64,000 nt of DNA from Patescibacteria group bacterium (GTDB taxonomy: Bacteria > Patescibacteriota > Patescibacteriia > PEXW01): positions 68,506-132,505 of the forward strand of contig JBAZBR010000003.1 in assembly GCA_041671325.1 (NCBI GenBank). The letters are read 5' to 3'. The notes below the pieces were generated by a model. The model made no database searches and was not told the origin of the DNA. It saw only the letters and a list, made by a program, of their open reading frames with translations. Below, piece by piece: positions 27,136-38,200 of this stretch. Made by a program: the position numbers and the translations under genes. How positions within the stretch are numbered: position 1 is the stretch's first letter; each line of letters starts with the position of its first letter.

Positions 27136-27576
27136 CAAATTATCAAATTAAATGTGCAATTATGAACAATATATTTGTTTGGATTATATTATGTGCGGTA
27201 AGTCTAATATTAGGAATATTAAGTTATGTTGCCGCATATAGAAGGGGAGTTGGAGACATAAAGAATCACCCCAAGATTTTCAGGTTTTTTGAAATATATC
27301 GCCATTTTGTCGGTTACTTTTTTTCAGCAGTTATTGGTTATTATTTTATTAAAGTAAGATGGCCCTACATACATCAAACGGCAGTACTTTCTCTCGGCGA
27401 TTTTATTTTAGGAATTGCATTCCTTTTTGGCGTTTTAGGCTGGTGGCCGTATTTAATCAAAAATATTACTGAGGGAGTGGAAGCTATTATTAATAAACGG
27501 TTAGGAAAATAATTGATTTATTACCTGAATAATAATTTTAAAATTATGTGCGAGTCAAGGCGGGCGATGGCCACCC
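27083..27576 (+). mobile_element. small cassette bounded by a perfect 30-bp direct repeat derived from the tRNA-His 3' end
   Basis: GTGCGAGTCAAGGCGGGCGATGGCCACCCC occurs at 27083..27112 and 27547..27576 and flanks ORF 27162..27512. Confidence 0.5.
27162..27512 (+). CDS. small membrane protein (cassette cargo)
   Basis: 116 aa with 3 TM helices, very AT-rich, flanked by the 30-bp direct repeats. Confidence 0.4.
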   Translation: MNNIFVWIILCAVSLILGILSYVAAYRRGVGDIKNHPKIFRFFEIYRHFVGYFFSAVIGYYFIKVRWPYIHQTAVLSLGDFILGIAFLFGVLGWWPYLIKNITEGVEAIINKRLGK

Positions 27577-27678
27577 CCGCTTACCTCTTAACTGGTACTA
27601 AACCAGCTTTTTCCCATTTTTATTAAAAAGAAAATCCCGCTAATCTGGAAGATTAACGGGATTGAACCTGCAATATTG

Positions 27679-28191
27679 CTAATGTCGATAGCCCGGCTTA
27701 TCCCGGCCACCGAAATAGACGCCGAGCAGGATTTTGAAGTCCGGCATATCACCAATGCCGTACCGAGCTTCAAGGCTATACCGGTGAGAATCCCCGAGCG
27801 GCAGGGTAATGCCACCGAGGACCGAAATGCCGATTTCCGTATCGCTGTTGCCTGATTTGTACTTGAACAAGGCCAACGATGGCCCCAATCCAATATATAA
27901 ATCCGAGTTGCTTCTGGGTAGGGCAAGGGAAACTCTAAAGTCAGCGTTGACCAAGACCGAGGTCAAACCATCTCCAAACCCGACATCGGCGCTGGGCGTG
28001 AAGCGGACAAATTTCCAGTATCCAAGCATACTCTGCAAACCAATGGTGAATTGGTTAGGGTTGGAACTGTAGCCTGCTCGGGCGCCAAAACTCCAACCCG
28101 GATCTTGATCCGCGGCGAAAATACTGGAAAAACCGAATGAAAACAGCGTCAGGAATAACGCCATGCTTAAACACGTTACTCTACGCATCAA
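27679..28191 (-). CDS. secreted beta-strand-rich protein, outer-membrane beta-barrel-like
   Basis: Signal peptide ending ..SSIFAA|DQD, then alternating hydrophobic and Gly-rich beta-hairpin pattern, as in the OmpW/PF13505 family. GC about 50%. There is no C-terminal aromatic residue, so the OMP assignment is tentative. Confidence 0.3.
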   Translation of the reverse strand: MMRRVTCLSMALFLTLFSFGFSSIFAADQDPGWSFGARAGYSSNPNQFTIGLQSMLGYWKFVRFTPSADVGFGDGLTSVLVNADFRVSLALPRSNSDLYIGLGPSLALFKYKSGNSDTEIGISVLGGITLPLGDSHRYSLEARYGIGDMPDFKILLGVYFGGRDKPGYRH

Positions 28192-28433
28192 AACCTCCGT
28201 ATTAAAGGGTCAATTTTTGTTCTGTGCATCTTAACCCAGGGCATAAATTTGCGCAAGGCTATATCCGTTATCTGCGATTTTTATGACCAAGAGCCCTTGG
28301 AAAACCGAATCCAGGAGATCGGTTCTTAAAATGCCTTGGGGATTATTAAGATAATACGTTTAATAAATGAATTGATAATACAAAAAAATCCACCAACACA
28401 TGGCTGGCGGATTTGAAAAATCGACTTTGCTGA

Positions 28434-28841
28434 TTACTTGATGATGTGCTTTTTTTTGAAATCGACCATTCTTTCGGCGAATGATTTGTCAGTAATTGCC
28501 GTAGTGAAGATTTGCCATTCGCGAACCCCAGCTTTTTTAAGGGTTGCAACCGTGTGTTGGTCTTCCGCGAAAACAGACAGCACCACCAACAAAAAATGAT
28601 TATGGCGGTTGAACAATCTAGCCAAACGCAAGCCCTTTGCGTCTCCCGGATGCCTGATCACCAAAATATGGGGATTAAATTTGGATATTTGACTCAGCGG
28701 ACCGTTAGGACCGCTTAAGGAAGCACCTTCTGGCAAATCCTGAAAAACCTCAACAGTAAATTGGCGAGTTCGTCTTACGGCTCTTATATATCCTTTATAA
28801 CAATCAGGCAGGCCATAAAAAGCAATTTTTACCTTTTTCAA
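28434..28841 (-). CDS. hypothetical protein
   Basis: 135-aa ORF with no family assignment. Confidence 0.35.
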   Translation of the reverse strand: MKKVKIAFYGLPDCYKGYIRAVRRTRQFTVEVFQDLPEGASLSGPNGPLSQISKFNPHILVIRHPGDAKGLRLARLFNRHNHFLLVVLSVFAEDQHTVATLKKAGVREWQIFTTAITDKSFAERMVDFKKKHIIK

Positions 28842-29010
28842 GTAAATCCTCCTTTCAAAAAAACGGTTTTGATTTTAAATGAGCTTATTACCGCTCTTAG
28901 GTTCTGTCAAGCGATTGATGCAATACTTTTAGGTTAATGCCTTGACATAAGTAATAAAATTATGTAATGTCAGGAATTATTTAATTTTGCTATGATATAC
29001 CCATAAACCT

Positions 29011-30612
29011 ATGGCAGAAATTTCAGATTTCCCAAAAAGCATGCAAAAAGTCATTAAGGCTTTTGAAGAGCCTGTGCCGAATTTGGAAGCCCCGCCAGGC
29101 GTGCCCAGAATCAAATTAAACGAGGTCATTGGCCGCGTGGCTTGGGTTTATGAAAAATTAAGAAACTCAATTGAATTCCAGGAAGAGCATTTGTTGCGGC
29201 GGAACAGCATTGAGCGGATTTTGCGCCGGAAAATTTTGTTGGAAAACCGGAACATCATTGATGCCAGGTTATTGATCTATGAATTAATCCGCGCCCGGTA
29301 TTTACCCAATAACGCCTTGCCCGAAGTTATCATCGGCATTGTCCAAAACTATATCGACCGGTACTTGGCGCTTTTGGACCATTTAAAATTGCGGCGCACA
29401 GACCCGGATGACCGGAAATTAATCCATTGGGTGATCAGCGTGGCTTCGGCGGATATTGAAGAACGGCTAAATCCCAGCATCCGGGAAGACGCCTTGGTGG
29501 AATTAATGTATGCCACCATCAGGAATAACTTGATTTTGCCGGAAAACGTGCCAGCCGGCCAAGAACAGGATATCTTGGTTTATTTGGCCATCCATCGGGC
29601 TTTGATAAAATCCGATGACGCAATTTTACGCTACCACCTTTTCCGGTGGGCTTACCCAAATTGGCAAAACCCAGACCATGCCGTGACTGAGCAGGTCAGG
29701 CAAAATTTTGGAAATTTTGTCGAAACCATAGAAAAAAGGATCCATCATCCGCTTTCCGAAAGGCTGATGGTCATTTGCCGGCAATACACCATTCCGTTTT
29801 TGGTTTTAGCTGATGTCTTTAAGGATAAACCTCAAGAAGTCAGGCTTTTATTGACCAGTCCGCAGACTTTGGCCGAGGCTACTGAAAAAGCCATGAAAAA
29901 TCGGATAAAATTTGCCGGTTCCAGGCTCAGGCGGACAACCATCCGAAGCATTATTTATAGTTTCACCACTAAATTGCTTTTAGCCCTGGTCCTGGAACTG
30001 CCTTATGAAGTTTACGTCTTAAAGCTCAGTAATTTTGTCCCGCTTTACGTTAACGGTCTTTTCCATCCCCTGTTAATGTCATTCATTGGTTTGACCGCCA
30101 GGGTGCCTGGCAAAAAAAATACGGAGTTAGTTATCCAAGCAGTCCAAGAAATAATCAATCCTTCTCGGCCCAGGGTAATTTTCGCAAAAAAAATCAAGCC
30201 CCGGCCAAGGAGAAAATTAAGGACTTTTGCTTTTAACCTGGCTTACCTAGCAACCTTTGTGTTAATTTTCGGCGGTTTGGCCTTGCTCTTACATAAATTT
30301 TATTTCAATTGGGTAAGCATCATCATTTTCCTTTTCTTCTTATCGGTCATCAGCTTGTTTGGCATGCGCATCCGGCAGGTAGTCAAGGAATTGACGATTT
30401 TGGACAAGAGGGAAAATTTATTCCTTTTGCTTTTAAGCTTTATTTCCCTGCCGATCTTGAAGGTTGGCCAATGGTTTTCCAAAAAAATCCCAAAATTCAA
30501 CTTATTCATTTTTATTCTTGATTTTATTATTGAAGCGCCATTTAAAATCTTCGTCGAAACCGTGGATGAATGGCTGAATTTCTTAAAGGAAAAACGGGAA
30601 GAGATATCTTAA
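29011..30612 (+). CDS. hypothetical membrane protein with an N-terminal soluble domain and C-terminal TM helices
   Basis: 533-aa ORF with normal codon usage. The C-terminal 150 aa contain 4 TM helices. Confidence 0.45.
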   Translation: MAEISDFPKSMQKVIKAFEEPVPNLEAPPGVPRIKLNEVIGRVAWVYEKLRNSIEFQEEHLLRRNSIERILRRKILLENRNIIDARLLIYELIRARYLPNNALPEVIIGIVQNYIDRYLALLDHLKLRRTDPDDRKLIHWVISVASADIEERLNPSIREDALVELMYATIRNNLILPENVPAGQEQDILVYLAIHRALIKSDDAILRYHLFRWAYPNWQNPDHAVTEQVRQNFGNFVETIEKRIHHPLSERLMVICRQYTIPFLVLADVFKDKPQEVRLLLTSPQTLAEATEKAMKNRIKFAGSRLRRTTIRSIIYSFTTKLLLALVLELPYEVYVLKLSNFVPLYVNGLFHPLLMSFIGLTARVPGKKNTELVIQAVQEIINPSRPRVIFAKKIKPRPRRKLRTFAFNLAYLATFVLIFGGLALLLHKFYFNWVSIIIFLFFLSVISLFGMRIRQVVKELTILDKRENLFLLLLSFISLPILKVGQWFSKKIPKFNLFIFILDFIIEAPFKIFVETVDEWLNFLKEKREEIS

Positions 30613-30834
30613 AGAAGTTGTGGCCACAAGTTTTAATTGTAGACATCAGTATGGTTGTGGTATTTGCTCATAGATAAAGAATTCCATAAAACCACACCCC
30701 TTAACGCTATGGAGTTCTATACCAAAAACCTGCAACGATAACTATAAGCAGAAATTGACGTTAAATTAAAAAATTTGTGTTCTAAAACTGGTCTGATATA
30801 ATGATTTCACCTCATTATTAACCCAAAAAAGCCT

Positions 30835-31926
30835 ATGAGCAAAATCAAGCTTTATACCAGCATTGGCGCTATGGCGCTGATTGCCGCTTTTGTGATTGGC
30901 GTAAAAGCCAATACTGCCGAAGCCGCAACCACAACCAATGCCATCAAGGTCCAAGGTACAATCACCGCCATCAGCGGCACCACCCTGCCAGCAGTCATAA
31001 CCATGACTTCAGGCGCCACTACTTACACAGTAAATATTGCTTCAACTACAAAAATTGTCAGGAAATATAATGGCAGTTCAGACTTATCGGAATTTATTGT
31101 TGGCGACATTATTCAGGTAACTGGAAAATTATCTGACGCAGCCACAAATACCATTGATGCAACAACCATTAAAGACCTTTCAGTCCAGAGGATCGGCGGG
31201 AATTTCAAAGGTTATATTGTTGCTTTAGACTGTACAAACAATAAATTTACTTTTAAACCAACCGACCGGGAGCAACAAACAGTAATCGTGAACAGTTCAA
31301 CAAAAATTATCCGCAATGGCCTGAAAATAAAATGCACGGATTTAGTCGCTAAAGAAAAGACCAAGGTTATTGGTATTTGGCGTACAACCACCAAAGAAAT
31401 CATGGCTGATCGGATTATCGTCTATACTAAATCAATTTCCGGCACGATTTCTGGAATTACCTTGACTGACGGTGGTTTGCCCGCAACTTTGACGGTGGCT
31501 TTGAAGAATAAGCAAACTTGGACGGTAAACGTCACTTCTACCACTAAGCTGTTCCGGAAGTTTTTAGGCAAAGCCACTATCGAGGAATTCCTTGTCGGCG
31601 ACAAGATTGAAGCCCACGGTTCTTTGGCTGAAACCAACACCCTCAATGCTTTAATGGTTAGGAATACTTCAATCTCAGTCAAATATTCGGACTTTAAAGG
31701 CACGGTCAAATCTATTGACGCTGTAGCCGGGACTTTTGTCTTACGGATAAACAGCAAAAAATACGGCGACATTACCGTTACCACCTCTACCAGCACAAAG
31801 TATTATGATCATGAAACCGTAAAAGCCTTTACCGATATTGCGGTCGGTGACAAATTAAAAGTCTTAGGAGCTTATACTTCCTCAACTAAAAAGTTGGCGG
31901 CCACCAGGGTTTTTTGGCAGGACTAA
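30835..31926 (+). CDS. secreted repeat protein (DUF5666-like beta-rich repeats)
   Basis: Signal peptide, then about three repeats of roughly 90 aa with the recurring motif TTK(I/L).RK(Y/F).G...(L/I).EF.VGD.I...G. Confidence 0.5.
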   Translation: MSKIKLYTSIGAMALIAAFVIGVKANTAEAATTTNAIKVQGTITAISGTTLPAVITMTSGATTYTVNIASTTKIVRKYNGSSDLSEFIVGDIIQVTGKLSDAATNTIDATTIKDLSVQRIGGNFKGYIVALDCTNNKFTFKPTDREQQTVIVNSSTKIIRNGLKIKCTDLVAKEKTKVIGIWRTTTKEIMADRIIVYTKSISGTISGITLTDGGLPATLTVALKNKQTWTVNVTSTTKLFRKFLGKATIEEFLVGDKIEAHGSLAETNTLNALMVRNTSISVKYSDFKGTVKSIDAVAGTFVLRINSKKYGDITVTTSTSTKYYDHETVKAFTDIAVGDKLKVLGAYTSSTKKLAATRVFWQD

Positions 31927-31976
31927 GTAATATAGTGAAATAAAAAATAAAGCTCGGGTTAAATACCCGGGTTTTA

Positions 31977-33605
31977 TTATACTAAAAACGTGAACACGCC
32001 TAGGTAAACAAAGAAGACTAAAAATAAGTAAATTTCTTTATAAATTTTACGATTTAAAAAATACCAAACCAGGCCAGCGGTTGCAATTGAAATTATCAAT
32101 AGGCTGTTATTTTTTAAGATGATCGGCATGATAATTAAAAAAATCAAGGAAGCGGCTGAAAGGATTAACTTGCTTTTTTCCAGACCAAAAACAACGGGCA
32201 AGGTCTTAATATCGGCAAGTTTATCGCCTGCATAATCTTTAAAATCCTTGATATTTGAAAAAATAAAAATGCCTATGAGGATTAGCCAAAGGTATTTGCT
32301 CGGAAAGGCTAGGAGTTTTTGGTCTGGAGCTAACAGAAAAAAGCCGCTCAAAGTCATAAGCAAGGCATTAAAAGCTTGCGATATTGAGGAGCTTAAAAAA
32401 TGCCTTTTAAGTTTTAAGGGCGGGACTGAATACAGGAAAAAACTAATTTGGAAAAGCAGGAAAAAAATGAACAGATTATAAGGCAATAATAATGCGCCAT
32501 ATAAAATCAGCAATAAAATCACAATACCAACAAGCTTTGTTGTTGGCATAGACAAAACGCCGGTTATTAAAGGCCGGCTATGATTAGAGACCGTGTCGAT
32601 ATTAATATCTTCAACATCATTCACAATTACTGCCAAAGCAAAACTTAAAGCAATAAGTATAAAGAAAATCATCAGGCTAACAATGTTTTGAAAGTTTGAA
32701 AAGTTTAATGCGGGAAAAGATTTAGCGCTTATTCCTAGGCCCAAAATTCCAAAACCAAAATAATACAGCGTCCTTTCCCAGCGGAAATTTTTGAGCCAAG
32801 CCAGCCAAACTTTCCGGTTAATAACGGCAAAGAGGATAAATAATTCAAACAAGATTATCAGGAAAAAACAGCTGGAAATAAGGATATTAAATTGCTCCTC
32901 AAACTTAAAAGCCGGATCGATCTTGAAGACCAAAGGTACGGTATTCAACCAGCTGAAATTGAAGATGTTGGCAAAAAAATCTTGGATATTTTGGTATTGG
33001 AAGCCCCGGCGATTGGCCAATAAAAGCAGGCTGGGGAAAGCGTCAATAAAAAAAACCATTAAGTAGCTGAAAACACCGGCCAGTATAACCTTGCTTAATT
33101 TTTTTGTATGTTTATAAACAAAGACCAGAATGCCAATCAGTAAAACCAAAATTTCTATGCGGATACCCAAAGTTAAATGCTGCTGGGAAATTGGGCCAAA
33201 AAAACTGAAGAAATTTTTAAGCAATTCCCCGGGTGAATTAAAAAGGTAAGACATTTGGGTATTGCCCGGGCCAAAAAATATCAAGTCAATAATTGGAGCC
33301 AGCCAAATGATGGGTAAAACCTTTACGCCTAAATCCAGCAAATCCAGGATGGGTTTTTTAGTTAAAGCCCAAATTATTAAGATAATGCCAAATAAGACGC
33401 TTAAATATAGGAAAGGATAATGAATGAAGGTTGTGGCCAGGGAGGTAAAATTTCCCGAAGCATGCGGACTGGAAAAGTTTTCCAATAAAATCCTAACCAA
33501 AATGATGCCTAGCAAGCTAAAAAAAATCTTGAAGAATTTCGCCATTGGGCTGTTATCGGGATTTGGATGAGTAGTATTGGTAATCATTATTAATAAGCAT
33601 AGCAA
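31977..33605 (-). CDS. polytopic membrane protein with a C-terminal UbiA-family prenyltransferase domain
   Basis: The NDVEDINIDTVSNHSRPLITG motif (NDxxDxxxD) lies in the C-terminal half. 542 aa with more than 12 TM helices. Confidence 0.5.
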   Translation of the reverse strand: MLCLLIMITNTTHPNPDNSPMAKFFKIFFSLLGIILVRILLENFSSPHASGNFTSLATTFIHYPFLYLSVLFGIILIIWALTKKPILDLLDLGVKVLPIIWLAPIIDLIFFGPGNTQMSYLFNSPGELLKNFFSFFGPISQQHLTLGIRIEILVLLIGILVFVYKHTKKLSKVILAGVFSYLMVFFIDAFPSLLLLANRRGFQYQNIQDFFANIFNFSWLNTVPLVFKIDPAFKFEEQFNILISSCFFLIILFELFILFAVINRKVWLAWLKNFRWERTLYYFGFGILGLGISAKSFPALNFSNFQNIVSLMIFFILIALSFALAVIVNDVEDINIDTVSNHSRPLITGVLSMPTTKLVGIVILLLILYGALLLPYNLFIFFLLFQISFFLYSVPPLKLKRHFLSSSISQAFNALLMTLSGFFLLAPDQKLLAFPSKYLWLILIGIFIFSNIKDFKDYAGDKLADIKTLPVVFGLEKSKLILSAASLIFLIIMPIILKNNSLLIISIATAGLVWYFLNRKIYKEIYLFLVFFVYLGVFTFLV

Positions 33606-33723
33606 TCCCTAAATGCCAAGGCAATGAAAAATTTCCCACTTGGAAAATATTGGTTAGAATAGTTTAAAATAAAACCGCCACATCTTTGTAGATAGGCGGT
33701 TAGGAACTTGTTGCGGCTTTGGA

Positions 33724-34674
33724 TTACTTCGCTTGCCCCAACTGAGCTTTGAGAGTTTCATAACGAAGGTTGTACTTGGCTAACACCTGTGTAACTTCAC
33801 CAGTGGCATCATTCAGCATTGCCAGAAGCAAGCAGGTGGTATCGACTATTTCCCGATCGTTAATCTGCGCCTCATAGCAGGCGCTTACCAGTGCGAGTTT
33901 GGCAAGCCTAGACATGGGAACACAATTTAGCGTCCTCGGCGTCCGTCGAATCACGATTTTGAGCTTTGCGAGATCCAGCCGAAGTCTAAAGGGGTCATCA
34001 GTAAGTATGGCAATGGTTTCGAGCTGTTTTTTCAGAGTTTGAATATCGACGCCCGCATTAGTAAGCCGGCTCACTGCTGGATCTGCCTTAAAATTGAGGA
34101 GACTTCGGAGGAAGTGACAGATGAGTGTTTCGCTGTTTCCCAGGCGAGCGGCATCTGCCTGGGCTTGGCTTAGGATATCGCGAACCGTTTCCGAAATTGG
34201 AATTTCGATTTGGTTTTCGTATTTTCCGCCGGCGTCCCCACTATTAATCATCAGCAGTTCTTCATAGGCTTCACGGTAGCCGAAGTCCTGGGCTGCCAGG
34301 GCTTGCGCTGCCACACACTCAACGTCTTTTAACAGCGCCAGCAGAATATGCTCGGGTTCAATGCTTTGGGACCTGAAAAATCTTGCTTCAAGCCCTGAGA
34401 ATTCCAGAGTTCTTTTAGCGTTAGCTAGTAATGGCAAATCTTTTGGGATTGATGTTTGCCCACAGGGTGGCGTTGTTGTCTCTTCGATGAATTTCTTCAG
34501 CTTATCCAGATCAACCATGGCATTAACCATGATGTCCTTAGCCTTGTTATTTGCATGGCCGAGAATACCCAGAAGCAAGTGTTCAGTGGCGATGTGGTCG
34601 TGCTTTAGGCGCACGGCTTCACTCTTGGCAGCTTGCATGACTGTCCTAGCGGCGTCAGAAAACATCTCGTTCAT
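33724..34674 (-). CDS. Clp N-terminal-domain (double Clp_N repeat) protein with no ATPase domain
   Basis: Two repeats of the ATEHLLLGIL / EPEHILLALL type, typical of the ClpA/B/C N-domain. 316 aa. Confidence 0.55.
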   Translation of the reverse strand: MNEMFSDAARTVMQAAKSEAVRLKHDHIATEHLLLGILGHANNKAKDIMVNAMVDLDKLKKFIEETTTPPCGQTSIPKDLPLLANAKRTLEFSGLEARFFRSQSIEPEHILLALLKDVECVAAQALAAQDFGYREAYEELLMINSGDAGGKYENQIEIPISETVRDILSQAQADAARLGNSETLICHFLRSLLNFKADPAVSRLTNAGVDIQTLKKQLETIAILTDDPFRLRLDLAKLKIVIRRTPRTLNCVPMSRLAKLALVSACYEAQINDREIVDTTCLLLAMLNDATGEVTQVLAKYNLRYETLKAQLGQAK

Positions 34675-34906
34675 TCTTTACTCCTCATTATCTAAGGTTT
34701 AGTTTTCAAAGTTCAGGTTTAAAGGTTTTGTTATCCCTTATAGCAACATCGGGTTTTTTAATAGCCTGGTTGCTTATATAGGGTTTAATTCATTTAATCA
34801 GGAAAGTCAAGAGTTTTTTTCATAAAAAACAACCCTTGACGATCCATATAGTAATGGTGGGTTGTAACGGGTTAGCTATCTCGCCTAGCTCCAAGGCAAT
34901 AATGGG

Positions 34907-35095
34907 TTATGTGTAGAAAATTGCGATCGTGCAGTTGACGAAGGGTTTTCCTTGAGTGTTGATCTCGGCGGTTGTACTGACATGCTGGCTCAAAATGTTC
35001 GTCTTTTTGGAATTCTCCGCGAGCCATTCATTGACTGCCGTCTCAAGGCTACCGACCTTGTTAATGACGTCTTCAGTAAAGATTTTTACCTTCAT
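34907..35095 (-). CDS. small hypothetical protein
   Basis: 62-aa ORF with plausible composition. Confidence 0.25.
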   Translation of the reverse strand: MKVKIFTEDVINKVGSLETAVNEWLAENSKKTNILSQHVSTTAEINTQGKPFVNCTIAIFYT

Positions 35096-35244
35096 GCCCA
35101 GGCCTCTTTTTGTGCCAATAACGGAATTGTTACTGGAATGGGTATTTTAGTCGAAGACCCATGATAAAGTCAAGAGCTTGTTGGAAAAATAATTGAGTAC
35201 CAAAAACGGCTCAATTCGAGCCGTTTTGTTGATTCTTCCCGATT

Positions 35245-38200
35245 TTATCGCGGGATGAGCCGTACCACACTGGCACCCAAGACCCGGCCTTTGCTGTAAG
35301 TCATTCGTTTGATGGTTTGTCGGCCGTCGCCATTGGTTACAGTAACATCGTAAGTGCTATTCTTCAGTTTTGAAATTGGTACTGTGGCCAGCAGAGTCTT
35401 GCCGTTTTTGACTTGGACTTTGCTGGCCTTTACTGCGCCGACGCTTAAAGTTGCTTTGCCAGAAAAATTGGTGCCGGTAACTTCTAACACCATGCTTTTG
35501 CTCGTCCTGCTCTTGAGCGTGAACTTCGAAACCGTGGGCTTTTTCTTGGAAGTGCCAGCGACCGCGAATTTTGACAAGTGCGTGGTCGTGAGGGTAGCGA
35601 CGTTGTCGACTGTGTCTACCAAGCCTGAGGCGCCCGCAGTATCCCAAGTCTCGGTCTGCGGATTCCAGTATTTGGTAGCTAAGCCTTTTTCCCGTAAGCC
35701 ATTATTCACCACAGCGGATTGGGTGTAGGGCAATATAATGGTTGCGGGCAAGTCGAGGGCTTTCTTTTCCCGGCCGGTGGCATCAAAGGCCTGCACTTCA
35801 TAGGCGAGCGAGGCGGGCCGATCTAAGGTGGTGGGGTCAATGTCGACTGTCGGGGTTACGCTAAGCGTGACCGTGCCGCTGGTGTCCAAGGCAAACGGCG
35901 GAACCGAAACATTGGTGCCGTCGGGCAAGCTGACGCTTAAGCCATCATCGGCATTGCCAGTCTTGGTGACTGGCCCGGGAACATTTATGCCTGAATCTTT
36001 GACCGTGAGGTTCGTGGTGGTGGTACCGGTTTTAGCGGAAACTTCAGTTGGTTCACTGCTTACTAAACGCTTGCCGCTGATATCCGTGGCAATGATTATC
36101 CATTTCTCGCCGCTCTTTACCGGCAGGCTATAGGCACCTTTGCTGTTGGTAGTTGTTGAAACTTGCGCGCCATCAGAAGAGTAAGCCGTGACCGTAGCGC
36201 CGGGCTCCACTTTTTTGCCGGTTTTTACCGTGCCCGCAAGCGTGGCATTAGCCGTGGTAAAAGCCAGATTTATAGTTGTTGTTGACCCGCCGCTAACTTT
36301 TATTGCCTTGCCGTCTGGCGCCAGCTGGGTTTCTGGGACTGACGGCGTTTCACCTACGGTTATCAGGTAAGTGCCATTCGGCACCTTGGCCGTGTAGACG
36401 CCCAGTTCATCCGTTTCTACGGTGACCGTGATAAGGTCATTGGGATTTGTGTTCGCACTGTTCTCCAGTGATGGCCGGTTGTCCAGCGTCACTGGCACCC
36501 GCGCAACAATTGTTCCAGCTGCGTCTTTCACTGTGCCTGTAATAGTATTCGTTCCCTGGATAACCGTGAGGTTGCGCGCAACGCTTTGGCCGGCTTTTAC
36601 CGTGATGCTGTTTTGTCCGGCTGGCCGGTTGATGAGGCCAGCGGTAAGCGTCGGATCTTCAATATCATAGTCATAAAGCCAAGTACCAGCCGCTAGCGGG
36701 AGCGAGAAGGTGCCGTCAGAGGCGGTATTTGTACTGGTGAAGTTCCCTTCGCTGTCAACCGCAATAACGCTGATGGTCGAACCAGGGCTGGTTATAAAAG
36801 TTCCATCCGGAAGTTTCAGCGTTCCTGTGAGCGTGGCATCGTAAGCTTTCAACTGGAGGTCTTGGGTGGCGTTTGAGCCTTGGAGGGCGACTTTTTTTTC
36901 AGCCCCGCCAGCGTAATCCGCACCAGGAGCAGCTTGAATGCCCAGAACGACTTTATTGCCGGAGATGTCCGAGGAAGAGAAGCGGATGTTGAAGGTGCCG
37001 TCAACCACCGGGGCGCTTACCCGGGCGCTATTCGAGGTTGTCCGAACGTAGGCACTGCCGACAAAATCCGTAATGACTGCGCCCGCGCTATTGAGAACGC
37101 GGCCTTGCGCCGTCCGGTCGAGATCTTTCACTTGCAGGCGGAGCCCGGTTGCGGTTTGGCCGTTGGTAACCGTGGTTGCTACGGGGGCGACTAGGCTATG
37201 TCCGATATCATTTGAACTTAAGCCAACAGTCCAAGTGCCAGCCCCGACGGTCAGGTCAAAGCTGCCGTCAGAACCGGTCGTCGCGCTTGGCCGCAGGGTT
37301 GTGCCATCCTGAATTGCCTGTACCTGAATGTTGCCCATCGCCCTGTTCTTGGTGTCCGTCACCGTCCCTTTCAGGTGAGCGCTGTCGACTTCGGCGGTCA
37401 CAGTGCCTAAATCAACGCTACCGCCTTCGGTCATTACAAAAGTCGTTTTGGCAGGATCGAATGACTTGCCGCGCAAGTCGCCATGGTATGCCGAGATGGT
37501 GTAGATGCCCGGAGTCAGGAAGACGCTGACAGTCGAGGTCGAAGCATCGACCTTGCGTATGGTGCCAACGCCATCGGCCCGCCGGAAGCTAATGTCCGCA
37601 TTAAAGTCGCTCGTCGTCAGCCCCCGGCCATCGCTATTCAGCAATGTGACTGTCACCTTGCCTGTTGCTGGGGTTACCGTGAAGTTGAGCGTCTGGCTTT
37701 GCGTTGTGGTGTCGCTGGCAAAGTCCACGCGTTGCGGTGGAGTCTCGCTGATCCAGCGTTGCGTGTACTCGGAAAGGTCAACAGCTGGCTGTGCGAACCA
37801 AGTCCCGCCGACGACGGTTGCAGTGTATACACCGCTTGGGTTAGTACGCACCGAAACATTGCTCGCGCTTGCTATGTTGTACGGCACCAGCGTGACTACT
37901 GCGTCAGCGACCGCAGTACCATCGGGGAAAGTTACCGTGCCTGTGAGCGTTTTCGATGTTGCTATAAATTGAAAGTTGACGCCCGGGTGTGACGTACCGT
38001 CGAAGTTGAAGTTGTTGAGGTTTGCGTTGCTGTTTACCTTGTTGTAACCATCGACATCGCGCGGCTCCACAACGTAGTTTGTGCCTAGCGTGAGGTCTGC
38101 AGTGAAACTGTATGTTCCATCAGCCATCGTTAAGACATTCGGTATTGTAGAGCTCCCATTTGGCGTATGCAGCTCCATGATTACATCTTTCATGGGTGCT

